Source: Lingula anatina (Eukaryota > Animalia > Brachiopoda). From it: a stretch of 64,000 bases of DNA. Each line of letters starts with the position of its first letter. The first letter of the stretch is position 1. The position numbers and the translations under genes are program-made. Below, piece by piece: positions 51,672 through 64,000 of the stretch. The notes below the pieces were generated by a model. That model had not been told where the DNA came from, ran no database searches, and saw only the letters and a list, made by a program, of their open reading frames with translations. The DNA lies in NCBI GenBank assembly GCA_051362555.1, contig CM120640.1, positions 25,282,225 through 25,346,224 on the forward strand, written 5' to 3'.

Positions 51672-54600
51672 CTATGAAGAATGTCCTACATCTACCCCAT
51701 ACGTGGGTACATCATCTGATCTTAAACCTGTCTTTTCATTGGCCATGTTCTGGCTATGATCTGGTGGAGGAGGCATAGGAATTGGCCCCATTTGTGATGT
51801 TGCATTCTGGTCTCCTGCTGGGGGCATTGCAAATGCAGAGGACTTTGGTTGTGATGTCACAGGGCCGTCTTCACCTTCTCCTTCCTCATCACTGCTGAAT
51901 TCCTCCTTGAAAATAAATTATGAATAGCGTCAACCATGAAATTAATAAGCTCATCTTATCCAACATCCCTTCCTTACTGGATAATTAAAGAAAAGTCACT
52001 GTGAAATACAGGTGTATGTGAGAAAAAGCTTAAGATATAAAATATATCATGCACATAAATATATTAATTTCAAAATAAATAAAAGGTGAAAAATTAATAA
52101 GCGTTTTGCAATACCATGATAAAATAACTGCTACTCCAACCCCTGAAAACATCCGATTCAAAATTTCTTACACTTATTTTTTCAAACCCTAACAGTGACT
52201 TACTTTAAAAATCAAGGCAGTGGGGGACTCCATGCTTATAAACAGTAACTTATCACTAAAATGTTCTTTTCAAATATTTTTAAATGCTATAAATCAGACT
52301 CTAAATATCTTGGAGTTCCTGAAACTTAGTAAACACATTAAAAAAATTACCAAAGTTACTGTAGTACTTGTACATGTACTACATGTACATTTTTATATTC
52401 ATCGAGCAAAGATTATTATCTAGTTAGTTATTTGCAACTGTATCACCTACTGCATCCACTAAGAAAGAAAGAAACTAAAAAGCAATTAGAAATGCCATCT
52501 TGTTTGAAGGCAGTGTTTGGAGAAACCCTCCCAGTACATCACCTACAGTAAACCTTACTACAAGGGGAAAACCATGGGTTATTGCAACTTTGACTAGACC
52601 TTTAGATATACAGTAGTTTATTTTGCACATGCATAGTGTGCACCATTCATATCACCATGATAATGGAAAAAATTGTGCAAGAAGGGTAGCAGTGTTAGTT
52701 TATAATGAATGAAAACAAGAAGCAAAGAAGGCAAGATGGTTATAACTCAAGTGAAGCAAGAAAAAATATCAAACTAACACAAAAAAAGCCGGAGATTAAT
52801 TTTCAGTTTTATTTTCTCCACACAAAATCTGGCACTAAATTACGTGAAGATTCAAATGTTTCTTTATCTTTGCTGACATTCACCTTCTTCCCTTCTCTCC
52901 TAGCCGCCTCTTCTTCTGCTTTCATCATGGCTTCTATATCATCCGGCTGAGTTACAACAAATAAATAATACAGACAAAAACAAATGAAAGGAGTGTGTAT
53001 ATAAATGAAGCTACATACTAGTGCTACATAATGTGTACACAAAACCATTTCTAACTATCATATTCAGAACTGCAAAGCATAGATATACATGTAAATGTGT
53101 GTGTTTGTTTGTGTGTGTTTGCAAGCTCGTGTTACAAATTTACTTATTTGAGACTTATTTGCAAACAGTAAACAACTAATCAAGCAGTGAATGCACACTC
53201 CCCCCCCCCCAAAAAAAAAAAAAAAAAAAACCTATGGATGTCAAACAATATCCTTTTTGATATATCATTATAATATTGACTCACATATTACCTTATACTG
53301 GACCACCCAAGTCATTTATTTAATATACAGCATACTTATGACAGTACATGATAAAGGTACACTCTACACATAATGGTCTGCCTACTTTTATAATAGCAAA
53401 AGATACACTGTCTTTATTTGAAGTTTAAAACAAAATAAATAATTAAAAATAAAATGAAGATGGTAGAAAAAAGAAAAGGATATCAAAGATCTGTTAAATT
53501 TCTGCATTCTAATGCACCGATTATCAAATAACTGTATAAATGCATGCAAAGCTGACCAAGAACAGCATGAATGGTTTTATAAGAATTCTGCAACAAGCTG
53601 TCATTAATTCAAAAACATTGAAATGTCTCAAAAGAAAGTCACCCAGAGAAATATAAAGACCAATCTGTAAAGGTAAAAAACATTCTTAACAGAAATCAAT
53701 TTTTTTAAGACTTGTTAAAACAATGAGATGCTTGATGCCATAACTCTACAACAGTTATTGACAGGATGGCACCATCACGTGTTTTCTTTCATAAACAGAA
53801 GTTCAACATAGAATTCTCCCTCCCAGAAAATAATGAGGACTTAATATTTGCTTTCTATATTCAAAACAGACGACCTTTAATTTTATTGTCACTTGAAATT
53901 TATAAAGGGGTAGAGGCAAATAAAAAAATACAAACTGCTCTTTTGGACAGATGCAAATTAGCCAAGCCAGAATGCACTCATTCATGTTTGGTATCAGCCT
54001 TCATTTTTCCAATATAAAGACAAGGACTGAATGATTAATTGCTCTTTAGCTTCCTATAGTAGATTTTAGGCAATTATTAGGACAAAAAGTATGAAATATT
54101 TTCAACAATATCCGATATATCACAACACATTTATCTGATTTATCTTTGCTTTACTTCAACTTTTTGATCAGGCAAAAATCATTTTATTAAAGACTAGACT
54201 AGAGAAAGCTATGTTCTTATCATAATTGTGAGAGCTAATCTAAACAGTGCACCCCTATTCCTAATACCCATGGTGGTTAGGACTCCATTTCATATACTCA
54301 CATGTAGATTAGCATATTTGCCTTCGTCCTCAGGGTGCGCAGGCTTGCATTTGCCACAGCAAAAGTTGCAGCAACAACAACAGCAACAGCAGAGGTAACA
54401 CCCAGTGATAACTCCACAGAATATGAAAAGAGCCTGAAATTAAGGAAAAAAAGTAATATAACTAAACTTTGTATTCTTTTGATTAATCTACAGCATCCAC
54501 AATAACAGTGAAGAGAGTGTACAAGAGATTAGAAGAAAAATAGCAATGTGCTCTTTAAAACAGAACCTCTCTGAATATAACACTTGCTAAATGCAGATGC

Positions 54601-57600
54601 ACATATTTCAAAAATGTTTTAAAACAAGGGTCCACACATACACAAATTCTCGTTTTTGAAAAAAAAAAAGCCTTAAAACTGTGTAGTTTCCATAAGTTTG
54701 ATTCCACTATGCCATGGTTGCATACAAAATGTATGTGATCAAAACTGTTCACTATTTCATTTTGTCATTGCTCAGATTTACTGAATATCTTAACTCACAC
54801 CAGATACTCCACTCATATAGCTGACCCTTGGCCACAACAGTGTTGTCATCTCAGTTCCTCACAGACATTATTTTCCTAATAATCAATGTTTTTCTGTTGA
54901 AACCCCTTTCTAGTTTGCAACATGTACTAGTACTTATCTGTGCTGTAAAAAACCTCAACTACACATGAAAGTCTTTCTCTAATAATCTAAACCAAAGTCG
55001 TGACTGTGAGCAAAACCACAGGTTCAATATCCATGATCTGGCCATACAAGCAGCATATACATGTACTGGTATATGTCATAATGTGTGCAAGATCATGGCA
55101 ACATGGCAACCATGGCCCTAAACTTAACAACAACAGCAATGAAGCCCACAAATGATGAACACAGAAGAATCATGGTACATGTGCAGCATTCATCAGGAAT
55201 GTATAGCACTAGTACATGTGGGTGATGTGAGTTTTTATTAATGCCTGATTTAAAATTGGGTCACTTATAGTAATTACCATAAAAGTGCATGATACTTGCT
55301 ACGTCAATTCATGGTTATGATACTTTAGAGATACTGAAGACAAACAGCATGAAAAAAATTCGAGGTAAAGTACGGGTTTAATTTTAAAAAGTTTGCAACA
55401 TCGGAATGAAAATATCTCAATACTGTAGCTTCCTTTTTGTATTCTTTTTTAAAAAGTGTTTTGAAGAACTGACAATATGGCTGGTAAAAACACTTTGGAG
55501 AGCCAATAAGTTTTCAGGTACTGGTACTTTTAAACATATGTGCATTTTGTGAATGGTTCTTAAAACTGGCCAAGGAATTTGTTAATTATATACAGAAACA
55601 TATCTTGGACAAAATATAACATGATGGCATGTATAATCCTAGAAAACAAACTGGTTGCAGACAAGATGGCATGAAGATGTTTCCCCCCCCCCCCCCCCTT
55701 CCTCCAGTCAGCGATATTAATTTTCAAAACATTGTGCACAATTGTTTTTTTGCAGTAATAGCTCTACATATTTTTTCATCTTTTGCAATCAAATGCAAAC
55801 ATGCATGACCTAGCTTGCAATTAAATATTTTATTTACTCCAATCCAGTTTACTGTTATTAACCAAGCGTGTCATTACTTCAATAGTTGGCATTCTATGTT
55901 TTCATTTCTAAAACTCACTTTATTTTGACACAGAATGAATTCCTTACCTTGCACCAGCCACTTGTGAGCACAAAGTAAGCATTGACATTTTCCTCTCCAA
56001 ACTGCTCCCCTATGTAAATACCCAGAGAACCATATCTGTCATAAATGCCTCGGCGGGTTGTGTCACTAAGAACTGTATGGGCATGGTTTATGTCTTTAAA
56101 CTGGAAAAAGGAAAAAAAAAAAATTCAAATATATATATTTACAATGAAAAATCCTATTGTAAACTTTAATACATTCAGTACGGTACCCTGTATATGCAGG
56201 CATGAAAGGACAATCATACATACATATACATATACAAAACAAGCTAGCAACCAAGCACACACGTGCACATGCACGCACACACACACACAAACACATCAAC
56301 ATGAAAAAGCACAAACACACTTCTAAAAAACTATTAAACCAACATATAACAAGTGGTATTATAAAATAACAGTACTACGAAAGAATGATCAGTGTTGACA
56401 TGAGATGGCATTATGGTATACTCACATGTTCTGCAGCAGCAGGGTTATCCAAATTCTTATCAGGGTGATACTTCAGTGCAAGCTGAAAATCAAAACACAG
56501 GTCTTAGGTACTAGTATACAAATTTGAAATGATAGCTATGCAATATAAGCTATTACAAATCTGAAAAGAATATATTGGTATTAAAATGCATTTTTGGAAT
56601 TAAATCTATTGTTGGGTAACTAATGGGATCTGCTGTTTAGTGAAGGCAAGAGAATGATAAAAGAAACAGCCAGCTGTATTAAATTCTTGTATTAACTGCT
56701 TTTGAAACTTACACGTGCTGAAAATTCAATTGGCTTACAAAGCTTAGTTTCATATGTAGACTTAAAGTCCCAAAAGCAGACAGATGAGAAAAGTAATTTA
56801 ATCATCTTTATCTTATCAGTCTTTCTACAAGAATTGTATCTCTCTGATCACAACTTATTGGTAGTTTGTTCCCTTGTAATAATGTACATCAAGACCCATA
56901 GATATTTTACTCCTCCTAATAGTGAAATATTAGAATAAAGATGATCAAATTTTGACTTGTATAATATTAATTTCACATCCCAACACCAACTTTAAATATG
57001 GAAATTGCAATCAAATTAAGAAAGATGTTGCAGGCAGCCCACTTCCACAGCACAGTACTACACAGGGTTATTGATTCTTAAACCCTACACAATCCACTCC
57101 ATACATACTGATAAACTATACTGACCCTGCCTACCTGGATCAATACTATTTCATCATTATATTGATAACTCCTTTGTCCTGCAGCCTCTCTGTCAAGTAA
57201 TACTGTATACTAATGTGCTACATAGATATTATATCATATGTACTCCTATATTATATGACAAATATATGCATTTGTGGACTCTACTATTTTTTTAAAGGCT
57301 GGGTGAATTCTTTATCAGGGGGTGGTTTCTCAAAGCTTTTGTTATAAGAATATGAAGGAAATATGTCAAGAAGTTATCTGATACTTGTGAGAGTTCAAGC
57401 AAGCAGAGTAATGTAGACATATCAGCTTATGGTCAATCCGTGATATTATCATGTTCCAGTAAACACAATTTTTTTAGTGAAAAAGTTGCCTCCTTCTTGG
57501 CAGGTGATTGAAAAAACTTTGTAGTGCAGCACATGTAATCGGTCACTATACATTAACTTAAATATCTGACATTATGAGTCGACAATTAAGAATTCAAGAT

Positions 57601-59954
57601 TGTACCGTTTTAAAATAGAAACCATGGAATGATAATAATTAATAGATTCGTTCCATAATAATGCAAAAAATCATATATGCATCATGCAGGTTCACTAATT
57701 CCTAGGATCCAAGATAGATATCTTGGCTTCTAGCTAATTGTAAGTTTACGTATATCCATTATATGTATTTAGCTACTGTTCACAGTTATATGATTTGTAC
57801 AGAGGGGAAAATGTTGCACCCTTTGCAGTTTTCGAACACTGTACTGAAATAAACCTTTGGCCCTGCAAGTATGATGGGTCTAAAAAAGGAACAAAGTTTT
57901 ATTGATAACAAACTGGAATTTGCCTTCACCAGTAACTAGGTCAATAAAATCTAATCAAGTATGTGTTGGTTTAATGATAGCCAACAATTCAGCAAAACAG
58001 GGGGAACCAATAAGATTTCATTGATAAGTGTTCAATTAGAAAACATGTGAATTAAAAACCTTTGACATCCTTATTAAATTCATATACTCTTATATTTACC
58101 TGGCTTTCAAAATATAAAAGCAACCAATATTCATGGTATCATACAATTGAATAAAAGGATTTTCAGGAATGTAAGTGGTGTAATGGAGGGAAGTTACATT
58201 GTGAAAAGCTTTGTCAGTGACCTTAATTTGAAAAGATATATCTTAACAACATTAGTGAAGATCTTTCAAACACACATTATGTCTTAATGGTTATTACAAC
58301 ATTATCTTGTAATTAAATTGGGGAAGATCTCTCTGGTTTTCTAAACAATATTACTAGTAATTAGATGGTTGGTAGAAAACATTTTAAAAACAAATTTCCT
58401 ACATGTAAAAATTAAAGAGAGAAAAAAGGCCTCGGGAACTTATTTTTCAATATGCACAATTTTGGAATAAAGAAGAAATTCAGTACCCAGAATACTGCAG
58501 AGAATTAACAAAGTTAGGTATCAGAAAGAATTTCTTTACCTGAAACCTTTTTTATTACTAGTATTTTGTTTATCCCAAATACTGTAGAATGTGACATTGA
58601 CATCATTCATATTTTATCAAACAACGAACCAAGAATACAATTATGGATATTCTGGTATCCAAGTATTGATTTCACTGACCAATGTCTCAGTATTCATTAC
58701 CTTTCTATAAGATTTTTTGATTTCTTCATGTGTTGCACCCTTCTGTAGACCCAGCACTCTGTAGAGGCTCTGGCCTGAGGTTCTGCAAGATAAGAAGAAA
58801 TAATATAAATAAATGAATAAAAAAATAACCACAAGGACAAATAACAGATTCAATTCAAAAGATTCTTTTTACTAACAGAGAAAAGGCATATAAAATACAA
58901 TGTATCATCAATGAATGACACCATATACTAGTAGTACTGCTGAAATGTAATATGAAATGTTCCAAACACCTTCCATATACTCCATGTGTAACAAAAAAAA
59001 AAAAAAAAAAAAAAGGTATGCAATTTCATTAAAAAAAGAATGAAAGAAAATAATAACAATACCTAGAAATGATAAATTGTCTGCAGTTATGTGAATTAGG
59101 TTAAGCCAAAACTAATCATGTATTCAAATTAATTGACTTCAAAATTATTCTTAGCATATCTTACTAGTACAGTATAATACATGTATTTTTTTCATATAAA
59201 TAACAGAACAAACAGGCACAGAGCCAGCAATTTCAAAGGGTTTCTTTAAAAAAAATTAACTTTTAACATACAACCTACCAGTACATGTACCAGGATAAAA
59301 TTTCATTGACAGCACGCCTTTTCCTGACAATTAGGGCAGATTGTTCAACCCCCCCCCCCCCCAACCCCCTGGCTCCGGGCCCGATAAATCAATAATTAAG
59401 CTGAATGTAGCCAATGCAAACTACATGTAAGTGTACATTGCTGTCATCTATAAACACACAGTTACTGGGATAATAATATATAGTGTCCAAAGAATATCCA
59501 CTAATGTACCACAAGGTACATACAGTAAATGTATCTACATATGTGCAAAAAATTCCTGAGTAGCTGTAGTGCAATAGTTTTGGTTGTCCAACTTGTCCTT
59601 TCTGCTTCGAGGCAAGCTGCTTAGATCTCAATGTGAATAAATCCATTTTCTACGCTTCTCTCACCCTTTTCTTGCTGAATCATATGACCAAGAAAACTTT
59701 CTTTTTCAACTGTGAATTCTTGGCATGGCTCAAGTCCGATAAATCTTACAATAGTTATACAGAGCACACTACAAAGGCATTATGCAGTTGCTTATGTTTC
59801 ATTATAGGTCTATACCGGAGGTTTTTTCGTCAATGGAAATTTAGAACGACATCTGTCATCAATAGCTACTGGTACTGCGGTAAGATATAAATATCGCAAG
59901 GGGTCACTACAATGAAAGTCATACTTACGACAATCTCCTTGTGTGTCCATCCAT
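51672..59954 (-). CDS. DNAJC5: DnaJ homolog subfamily C member 5 / cysteine string protein (~227 aa; ~248 aa with the cassette exon)
   Basis: Exons 59929-59954, 58701-58782, 56426-56482, 55948-56100, 54302-54433, (52884-52946), 51672-51905. [22 protein letters not shown]-domain [13 protein letters not shown], linker [21 protein letters not shown], cysteine string [21 protein letters not shown]. Confidence 0.96.
59145..59355 (+). repeat. ~200-bp diverged direct repeat, copy 1 (copy 2 at 60411-60606)
   Basis: Shared blocks in the same order: TTATTCTTAG.ATATCTTACTAGTA, GGCACAGAGC, ACATGTACCAGGATAAAATTT, TTAGGG, GATTGTTC. Confidence 0.85.
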
Positions 59955-60029
59955 GGTAAACGGAAATTGTTAAGTTAAGCAAAGTTTCTTTTCAATTTTG
60001 ATTATTTTCTACCGGCAAAGGTGCATCAC

Positions 60030-60120
60030 CTTCCCTCCATATTGGATTTATTGACCCGATATATCGTCACATGACATGACGTCATGAAGGAATTCCCATC
60101 TCGGGGAATTCCCAGCAGAT
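60030..60120 (-). promoter_or_regulatory. Putative DNAJC5 promoter
   Basis: CCAAT (~60041), GTCACATGAC (60066-60075), palindrome CATGACGTCATG (60075-60086), GGAATTCCC (60089) and GGGAATTCCC (60104-60113), 90-160 nt upstream of the ATG. Confidence 0.55.
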
Positions 60121-60410
60121 GGAAAAAAAGAAGGGAAAATACAAGTGGTTGTGCACCAAATTGAATGCCTCAAACAGAACATTAATCATCCTAATTCTAA
60201 CACTAACTATTATCTTAAATTCATGAACGACTAGAACCTGCTCGACCGGATCATTTGAGATAGGCCCGATTTGTTTCTGTGCACGATTTTGGGCAGAATT
60301 GTTTAGATTGATATCTAAGTGGTGGAAATGCACTTTCAGAAAAAAATATTAATACCGCCATGGCGAAACTTACAAAGAGCAATTCGTTTGTATTACTTAC
60401 AAAGAGCAAT

Positions 60411-60606
60411 TTATTCTTAGTATATCTTACTAGTATACTACATAATTTTTTCATTTAAATAACATAACAAACTGGCACAGAGCAATTCCAAATGGTTTCT
60501 GAAAAAGAAAAAAGGACCTTTTAACATGAAACCTACATGTACCAGGATAAAATTTTATCAACAGCAGACCCTTTCCCAAAATTTAGGGTGGATTGTTCGA
60601 ACCCCC
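60411..60606 (+). repeat. ~200-bp diverged direct repeat, copy 2
   Basis: Matches 59145-59355 block for block. Confidence 0.85.
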
Positions 60607-61371
60607 TGAATTTAGTGTCCATCAGTAGAATGTTAATTTTCCTTTTTTACCCACTAGAAAATTATGTCATTAACAGCCATAAAACATACTTTTGATTTTA
60701 CTTTTACTTGCTCCGTTTTGTACCCCAAAAACATGTCTCACACTCTAAATAGTGTGTCCTTAAAGGAGCAGTTTGCAGAATTTTTGCAGTTTTACATATA
60801 CAAGGAAAACTACTTTATAGTTATCTGAAAAATTTATTTAAAAAAATTTAGTTTTCACATTTTACTTCTGCTTTATACATTTTGTTTTCTGGCACACATG
60901 AATATTAGTCTTGTTAACTTCATTTTGAACCAGAAACTTTTCTCAAGTGTACATAAGGCAGATATCAGTTTTCAAAAACATTGCTTCCTCTTCATGTGAA
61001 ACTAAAATGCAGCCATAGTTAACTCCAAGCTGCCCAAGAATATGGTGCTATTTTAAAAGTCTTTATTCAGATGCATTACTAATAGACTTTTCCTCCTCAT
61101 TGACTAATGTTCATTAGGAACCACAGCCAAGCTCTCTTGAAGCCATAGGAAATCCATTTCCCCAAACTTGAATCATATCAAATTTGTAAAATCCTGACTC
61201 CCGGTTGGAACACACTGCAGTTCCATCCAAAATTAAATCCAGCTCCCACCATGATTACCATCAATATGATGCAAATGCCTGCTTCTACAGACACACATGG
61301 TGTTCACAGATGTGGAGCAGTCCCTCCAGTATTTCCATCAGTCTTTCCAGAGCTATCCTACATTGTATGCA

Positions 61372-64000
61372 TCATCTTCTCTTCTTTGCAGAGGGTCTGT
61401 CAAACACCTCTTTCATGCCACCCCCTTTCGTGGTGTGAAATTTTAAGTTAGCTGCAGTGTCTGAGATCCATGGTGAATTGAATTCTGTAGTGTCCTGATC
61501 CACCAAGTGGGTATATTTTGTACGACCTGAGCGACCAAAGTTTTTCACCTGAAGTAAGATACGTAAGAAAATTGTTCTTTAAATTTCAAGTTTCATCCTT
61601 GATGATAGTTATCATATGACAGAGAAAATATTATCAGCAAATAACAGTATGGTAGAAAGCTGAAAGAAATAAGAGGTGTTTGTCAAACACAGTTGCCAGA
61701 CAAAGATGCCACAGTAGACCAAATAGTTACTATGTGGTCAGACAAGGGATGGTTTCAGCCCGATTAACATTTTTCAATGAAGACTACACAGGCTGCTCAA
61801 TTCATCAAAATAATGATCCAAGTAAACATCCTAAAGTATTTAGAAAAAAAAATCAAATTATTTTCACCCATCATTCTTTCACATCATTTATGTCCTGAGA
61901 CTCCCAACCCCTTTGAATATGAAAAAACCCTGACACCCCCCCAACCTTTAACCAATAATTCATTCTCACATATCTTGACATTGTACAAACCTGCATGACT
62001 TTAGGCAGCACTGTCTTATCAAAGTGATCTTCCAGTGTAGGAGCAGAGTAGTCCCTTTTGTACACAGCATCCTCCTTGTCATGCTAGAAATGAAAAGTGA
62101 AAACAGAATAAGAGGCAGTCAGATGGGCAAATGATGAATCCATTTTCCATGTTTACAAGACTTAAAATGAAAACTTTAATGAACTGCCTTTTGAACTACA
62201 CAACATAATATTACTGAAAGCACATACGAATTTTAAATCCTGTCATTTTCCTCGATCATTTCATTATAATACAAGAACATAAAGATGACAGATTTAGCCA
62301 CTATCTCATTTGTTTTGTGACTTCATAAAAATTAAGTTTATAACACAAGTTTTGTTTGAAACTGCAGTACTGACCAAAAAGAATGCTCCTCTGTGATAGT
62401 ACTTCTGTAAGAACTTGTATTTTCCTTTGGAAGCTTTGTTTGTGATAACCTTAGGGTTGGCCTTTAGCTCTGCTTTCCTCTCCTCTTCTGTCATGTTTCG
62501 GATTCTATCAATCTCCACTTTTTCTTTCTCCAGTCTAAATCCATGAAAATATTGACAAAGTTATTAATCAATTCTTTTATTGTCTTTCTTTCATTATAAT
62601 AAATTCAACACTCACTGTGGAGTAATAATGCTTATATTGGATTCATGCAAATTACAATGAAACAGAGAAAAGTTGAAAATGTGACTAAAAAAAAAATTCG
62701 ACATGCTGTACACACAATAATTCACAATCAAGTAGGAAAACTTACGCTTCTCTCTCATCCCTGTCTCTCTTTATCCTCTTGAGTTCTCGCACCTTCCAAG
62801 CTTCATACTCTTCTTCATCATTTTCTTCCTCTGAGTTCACAGCATCGCAGGCCTCAGCTATATCTCTCTGTTCCTCCATCTCTTGTTTTGTGAGCTCCTC
62901 CACAAGCTATTATATAACAATAATGCATAAGTTTATATTCTATTTCATAAAATGTTATGCTTCTATACATGAAATTTCATGAATTCTAATACAGTCTTGG
63001 AGATTTTAACTTTATTACAATACTCATATCCTTTTAATACATCTTTTGCATCTGATGTACTCACAGATCACTTTTATTCTAAAAGGTTGAAATGCTGATC
63101 TATGTATTAAAAATTATTGAAATGCTGATCTATGTATTAAAAATTATCTTACCTTTCTAGCCTCTTTCTTACGTTCATCAGCCAATTTCTTGGCTTGTGC
63201 TTCTAACTCTCTGGACTTTATATCCTCCTTCTCCTTCTCTTGTATTGTAACTCTGTCTTTTCTGAAATTTTCAGTTTCTGTATTTAATTGAAATTCTATA
63301 CATTGATTAAAAGCTCATATTTACTCCAGATATCTGCTAACATAATCCTTTTAGCATAAGTCTAATAAGAAATATTTAGCACCAACACAAATCTCTGCCA
63401 ATTCTCAACACAAGACTCTTTGCCAACCCTCCAAAGTCTTCACTATTCACAACCAAAGATGCAGTAAGATCTTCTTTATTTACTTTCTAACAAAGACTGG
63501 TTTCAGTCTTGGCCCAGTCTCCTCATCTTCTGAGTCTGTGAATTCTTCATATTCTGATGATTCTTCCTCACTTTCACCTTCTTTGTTTTCATCTTCAACT
63601 TCCATTACTTCCTGTAGGATAAAAAAAAATCATTGTGTACAGCCCAATAGGCTCCATCTACAAAATTTTTAATCATATTACCAAAGATTTTATAATAAGA
63701 TTAATGAAAAATATTCTCTTTCAGGGACATGGCTGCACAATTCTCAGCAAAAAAGACTTAATTATTAAAATATCATACATAGTTTACTTTGTTTGTACAA
63801 AGATATCTTTTTCTTTTTGGTGGGGGTTTCTATTCAAGATTAAAGTCTTTTTTTTTGTACAGACTGTTTATTCAAATATATATATTTTCATATATAAACA
63901 TGGAATTTAACTCAAATTTGTATTTCTAAGCACCAAAGTTTCTATTGCAGAAGCTTTTAAATAACTTACATCTTCTTCTTGTCTCTGTCTAGCTTTTTGT
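61372..64000 (-). CDS. MFAP1: Microfibrillar-associated protein 1 (spliceosomal B-complex factor), 3' part; 5' end lies beyond the window
   Basis: Exons 63970->64000 (truncated), 63484-63611, 63153-63261, 62746-62906, 62375-62534, 61991-62083, 61372-61548. Motifs [92 protein letters not shown]. Confidence 0.97.
63087..63146 (+). repeat. Exact 30-bp tandem duplication in an MFAP1 intron
   Basis: TTGAAATGCTGATCTATGTATTAAAAATTA x2. Confidence 0.9.

Noticed and set aside
55000-55140. Possible SINE remnant (GGTTCAA...TAAACTTAACAACAAC) in a DNAJC5 intron
   Set aside because: Too degenerate to support without a repeat library.
62131-62217. C/D-box-like pair (ATGATGA...CTGA) in an MFAP1 intron
   Set aside because: On the strand opposite the host transcript, with no terminal stem.

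Overview
Eukaryotic, AT-rich, intron-rich animal DNA, most likely a lophotrochozoan invertebrate such as a mollusc (inferred from the repeat types; not established). Most short ORFs in the track are intronic noise or single exons. Five spliced genes can be assembled by hand. (1) A secreted-type IGFBP N-terminal (IB) domain gene on + (exon 1 at 4109-4478; its 3' exons are uncertain and no thyroglobulin domain was found). (2) SUPT5H/Spt5 on - (26 coding exons, 34653->17571, about 1061 aa). (3) A ZC3H4/6/8-family CCCH Restrictor-like gene on + (15 exons, 35857-46847, about 1232 aa), head-to-head with SUPT5H. (4) DNAJC5/cysteine string protein on - (59954->51672). (5) The 3' part of MFAP1 on -. 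Main points of interest: both members of the SUPT5H/ZC3H4 divergent pair carry a U12-type (minor spliceosome) intron; the ZC3H4-like protein has a 4x11-aa [11 protein letters not shown] repeat resembling a CTD; the IB-domain gene may end in a GPI-like tail; SUPT5H has a GC-AG donor; DNAJC5 has an in-frame cassette exon; and there is a ~1.9 kb HINE-like element plus several MITEs, including a 267-bp near-perfect palindrome. All gene models were read by eye and have no transcript support.
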